DNA from: Vulcanimicrobiota bacterium
GTDB lineage: Bacteria > Vulcanimicrobiota > Vulcanimicrobiia > Vulcanimicrobiales > Vulcanimicrobiaceae
Length of the DNA: 64,000 bases
Assembly (NCBI GenBank): GCA_963714015.1
Contig: OY970223.1
Coordinates: 160,001 to 224,000, forward strand
Reading direction: 5' to 3'
The first letter of the stretch is position 1, and each line of letters begins with the position of its first letter. Positions 60,764-64,000 of this stretch are shown here, in pieces. The position numbers and the translations under genes were made by a program. The notes under the pieces were generated by a model. It had not been told where the DNA came from. It worked only from the letters and a program-made list of their open reading frames with translations, and searched no databases.

Positions 60764-61856
60764 TGTTCTGCGCGGCATTGCGCCACGCAAATTCGCCGAG
60801 CGCTCTTTCACGTCCATAGGTGCCCATCGCTGCCGCTAACGCGCGCTGCGTAATGAGCGTGCGCAGTGCGGTCGCAATCGCTTGCGGACTGTTGCCGTCG
60901 ACCAAAAATCCCGATTTTCCGTCGGCGATGGCATCTTCGGCTCCGGAATCCACTCCGCCGACGGACGCCAGGCGCGCCATTGCCGCCTCGAGGTAGACGA
61001 TTCCGAATCCCTCAACGTCGCCTGCGCCGACGCGCCGGGTCGCAAGCGAGAAGCACCAAGCGCGCGCGTATGCATCTTCGAGTTCGGCATCGCTGACGTC
61101 GCCGAGGAAATGCACGTTTTGCGAGGCGCCTACGCGCTTTGCAAGTTCGCGCAGATACCCCTCCGCCGGACCGATACCGACGATCTCGTACCGCAGGTCG
61201 GGAAACTCGGCAAGCATCAGGGCAATGGCTTCGATCGTTTTATCAAATCCTTTGCGCAGCACCAAGCGCCCGACGGAGAGGATCGTCGGAACCGGCGCCG
61301 GCCGGCGCGTAAAGTCCTTCGAATCGATGCCGCACCGGCCAAGCACGGCGCGGCTGGTGATGCCCGCTTCGCGCAGTAAGCGCGCCGTAAATGTGCTGTT
61401 CGCGACCGCGACGTCCGCTCGCGCGAAGACGGCGCGCATCATACTTCGCCGCAGAAGCGATTGCTGCGAGAGTATCTCGGAACCGTGCGCGACGATCGCG
61501 AGTTTTCCGCGCACGCTGCGCGGCAGCGTTGCGCATGCCAAGCCGCTGCGCAGCCAGGACGATGCAATCGTGCATTTATCAGGCATCGAGCGATGCGCTT
61601 GCGCAACCGCTTGCCGCACACGAAACGACCAAAGGGGCAGCGGCTCGGGCCGATCGTGTCCCGGGAACGGAAAGCGCATGACGCGATACGGCTGCTGCGC
61701 GTCGAAATCTTCGCAATCGGGCATCCACGGCGCGACGACCGTCAGCGGATGGCCGGCTGCAGCAATCTCGCCCGCCAGCCGGAACATGTAGCGTTCGATT
61801 CCGCCGTAGCCGGGCGGCGGAAACTCGGTGGTTGCCAAGACAGCCATCGCGTTCAA
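60660..61856 (-). CDS. GT4 family glycosyltransferase
   Basis: EFPP..GGIE, GRLVLRKG and EGFGIVYLEA motifs; 3' end overlaps the convergent kinase gene. Confidence 0.85.
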   Translation of the reverse strand: MNAMAVLATTEFPPPGYGGIERYMFRLAGEIAAAGHPLTVVAPWMPDCEDFDAQQPYRVMRFPFPGHDRPEPLPLWSFRVRQAVAQAHRSMPDKCTIASSWLRSGLACATLPRSVRGKLAIVAHGSEILSQQSLLRRSMMRAVFARADVAVANSTFTARLLREAGITSRAVLGRCGIDSKDFTRRPAPVPTILSVGRLVLRKGFDKTIEAIALMLAEFPDLRYEIVGIGPAEGYLRELAKRVGASQNVHFLGDVSDAELEDAYARAWCFSLATRRVGAGDVEGFGIVYLEAAMARLASVGGVDSGAEDAIADGKSGFLVDGNSPQAIATALRTLITQRALAAAMGTYGRERALGEFAWRNAAQNIMTALGRDPLCELRSKAMPDELPAPTFRPSSPSS

Positions 61857-61959
61857 GTATACGGGGCGTGTAGGACGGCTCGCATGGGCCGGATGCTTCA
61901 GGCCCGCGCCGGTGGACGTCTCATTCTACGGCAAAACTGCCCGTGCTACGATTGCGCTC

Positions 61960-62367
61960 GTGAACCTCGCGCTCGGACGCATGCGGCCGCTCATTTCCGT
62001 CCTGACTGCGCTCCTGCTCGCGGCGCTTTTCGCTCTTGCGGTGAGCCGCAACTTTGAAAAGTACACGACGCCGAGTACGGATGGAGCGCTCGTTCACATC
62101 TATCTGCGTAAGGTTTTCAGCATCGGCGCATTCGCAGGGGTGGGGTACCTGATCGCCTCTTTGCGAGGGCGCGGACGCGGGGACGTCCTCCCCGTTACAC
62201 TCATCGTGGGCGCGTTCAGTGCGTTGATCGAAATCGGGCAGCGGCTGCACGGAGAACGCGAAGGATTGTACTGGAACGCGATCGATACGCTGTGCGGGGC
62301 CGCGGGGGGATTTTTGGGCGTTTACTTCCGGGCGCTAGTTCGTCGAATCTTCGGAACGGGTGCGTAA
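61960..62367 (+). CDS. VanZ-like membrane protein
   Basis: Four TM segments; LRK, FSALIEIGQ and D...GAAGG.LG motifs; start inferred. Confidence 0.6.
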   Translation: MNLALGRMRPLISVLTALLLAALFALAVSRNFEKYTTPSTDGALVHIYLRKVFSIGAFAGVGYLIASLRGRGRGDVLPVTLIVGAFSALIEIGQRLHGEREGLYWNAIDTLCGAAGGFLGVYFRALVRRIFGTGA

Positions 62368-62628
62368 CTCCTCGAACGTCATGACTCGCAGCGGCTTCTC
62401 CCCTACCAGCGGCGTTATACGCATGACGACGGAAAGATTGAGCACCGCTACTCCGCCCGCGGGTCCGAGGAGCTTTGCGGCGCTTTCGACGTGACGCGAT
62501 ATGGAAGGCGCATCGGTGGCGTTGTCCACGACCAATGCGGGAGGTGCGTGCATCGCAAGGACGTGAAAGTCGTCGTCGACGATCAAGGTGAGGGCAAGCG
62601 ATGGCCGCCGCTCTCGCGCATCCGTCAT
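62335..62628 (-). CDS. Hypothetical protein
   Basis: ORF MTDARERRPSLALTLIVDDDFHV downstream of the esterase gene; start inferred. Confidence 0.4.
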   Translation of the reverse strand: MTDARERRPSLALTLIVDDDFHVLAMHAPPALVVDNATDAPSISRHVESAAKLLGPAGGVAVLNLSVVMRITPLVGEKPLRVMTFEELRTRSEDSTN

Positions 62629-64000
62629 GTCAGGATCCGGCGCGCTGCATCTGCTCAGCAATGCGCTGCACCAAACCGCCGGCGTAGATATTGTAGTGGT
62701 TACGGCCGGCAACGAAATCGAAGGGTTCGGCCGAACCGAGCTCTCGCAATCGCCGCTCGAAAAGCGCCGCGGGCTCGTTCAGCAGATAGGTGTCGTCCGT
62801 ACCGACGACGATGTGCAATCTGCCGGCCAGTTCTCGTCGCAACGGCCGGCCGCTCTTTGCCAATATCGCGGAGATGTCATAGGCCTTCCAGGCCTGACGC
62901 GACGTTGCGCGAAGATGCGTCCCGTCCGGCGGTCGAAAAGCGGTTCCGGAGCACCATCGGACCCCCGCGGACTGAAAACGGCCTCGAACGAAGCGAGCTG
63001 TCCGCCGAAACGTCCTTCGACGGACTCGAGAGCGGCGGCATTCCGTGTCGTCATCAGCGTATGCCCATGCTGCTGTTCATAGGCCGTTTCACGGCCTCTT
63101 ACTTCATAGAGATTGGCGCCCCGCGAATAGATGTCGACCCCCAAAAAACTCCGGAAATCGACGGGATCCGGCGAAACCGCCCACGCACCGGCAAAGAGCC
63201 CGGGGTAGCGCAGTTGCAGCCAGAGCGCGGACCAGCCGCCCGAAGAGTGGCCGGTGAGAAATTGCGCGTCGGAACGAACGCGGTAGCTGCGCTGAACGTA
63301 CCCGACGACGTCGTTTACGAATGCCGTTCCCCATGGACCGTTATTGGCGGAATCCGCGAATTCGGTATGTCCCAGCGACCAATGCGCGTCGGGATAGACG
63401 TAAATCATTTTCGGAATCATGCCGGCGCGCATCTCGTACAGAATCTGACGCGCGTCCATCGGCCCTCGGTCGAACGCTGCGCTTTCCGCCGTCGCGTGGA
63501 AGGCGTGAATCACGTAAACGACGGGATAACGGCCTGCGTTCCGTTTGTAATCCGGCGGCAAGACGACGACGGCCCGGATACTCACGGGTTTGCGCCAAAA
63601 ACGCGAGAGGCTCGGGGCTGGGAACGTCGACGGCGTCGATGGAGTCTTTGTACGGGAAACGGTGTCCAAACGCCGGCCGTGAGATCGTAATGGTCAGTTG
63701 CGTTCCCGGGGTGACGTTTACTTGCGAAACGGCGCTCAGATCCATCCCCGTTCCCGCGCCGGAGTAGCCGTAGGAGCCGCTTCGGTCCAGCAGCGCCATG
63801 ACGTAGTACTTGCCGGCCGGCAGCCGATCCGGGGGATTCGGAAAATAATGACCTGCGGCATCAAATGATATCGTGCTGCCTGGCCCGGTTGACCGTACGT
63901 CCTCGGAGTAGACTGCGACGCTCGTAGATCGGTTGCGGATCGTATTGCAGCACGTGCCCCGGCGCGCGCGAAACCACGACGATCGCCCGGCCCGCTCCGT
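62625..64000 (-). CDS. Alpha/beta-hydrolase (enterochelin-esterase-like); frameshifted, 5' end beyond the window
   Basis: VVLPPDY, YPVVY, DSANNGPWG, GHSSGG nucleophile elbow, SPDPVDF and VGTDDTYLL over several frames. Confidence 0.75.

Overview
A GC-rich bacterial window. Gene style and content suggest Ca. Eremiobacterota/Vulcanimicrobiota, but that is inference. Many single-base frameshifts look like long-read errors. 0-20 kb is mostly housekeeping: an aminotransferase/START/reductase-like operon, dusB, coaX, coaBC, panC, lexA with a divergent LysM gene under three GAAC-N4-GTT[CT] boxes, an ECF sigma pair and a cyclase-ATPase-TPR gene. 30-64 kb is a large Wzx/Wzy exopolysaccharide region. 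The main result is a candidate undescribed RiPP system split over two loci, linked by four short precursor peptides of 33-58 aa. Two of these are missing from the supplied ORF track. All four share a gapless leader, Y-x2-P-x-[VLI]-[LV]-x-[ST]-x2-[VL]-x2-L-x2-[DE]-[AV]-x-G, and each core has exactly two Cys. Locus A (about 20.9-30.4 kb) has two precursors, four paralogous JmjC/ROX-type oxygenases, a sulfotransferase-like protein, a carnitine-acyltransferase-family protein and a SAM methyltransferase-like gene. Locus B (about 41.4-47.8 kb, inside the EPS region) has two precursors, a PqqD/RRE, two HprK-related kinases, an S26-like peptidase, a nucleotidyltransferase and an ABC exporter. No lasso cyclase, radical SAM, YcaO or Lan enzyme is visible in the window.
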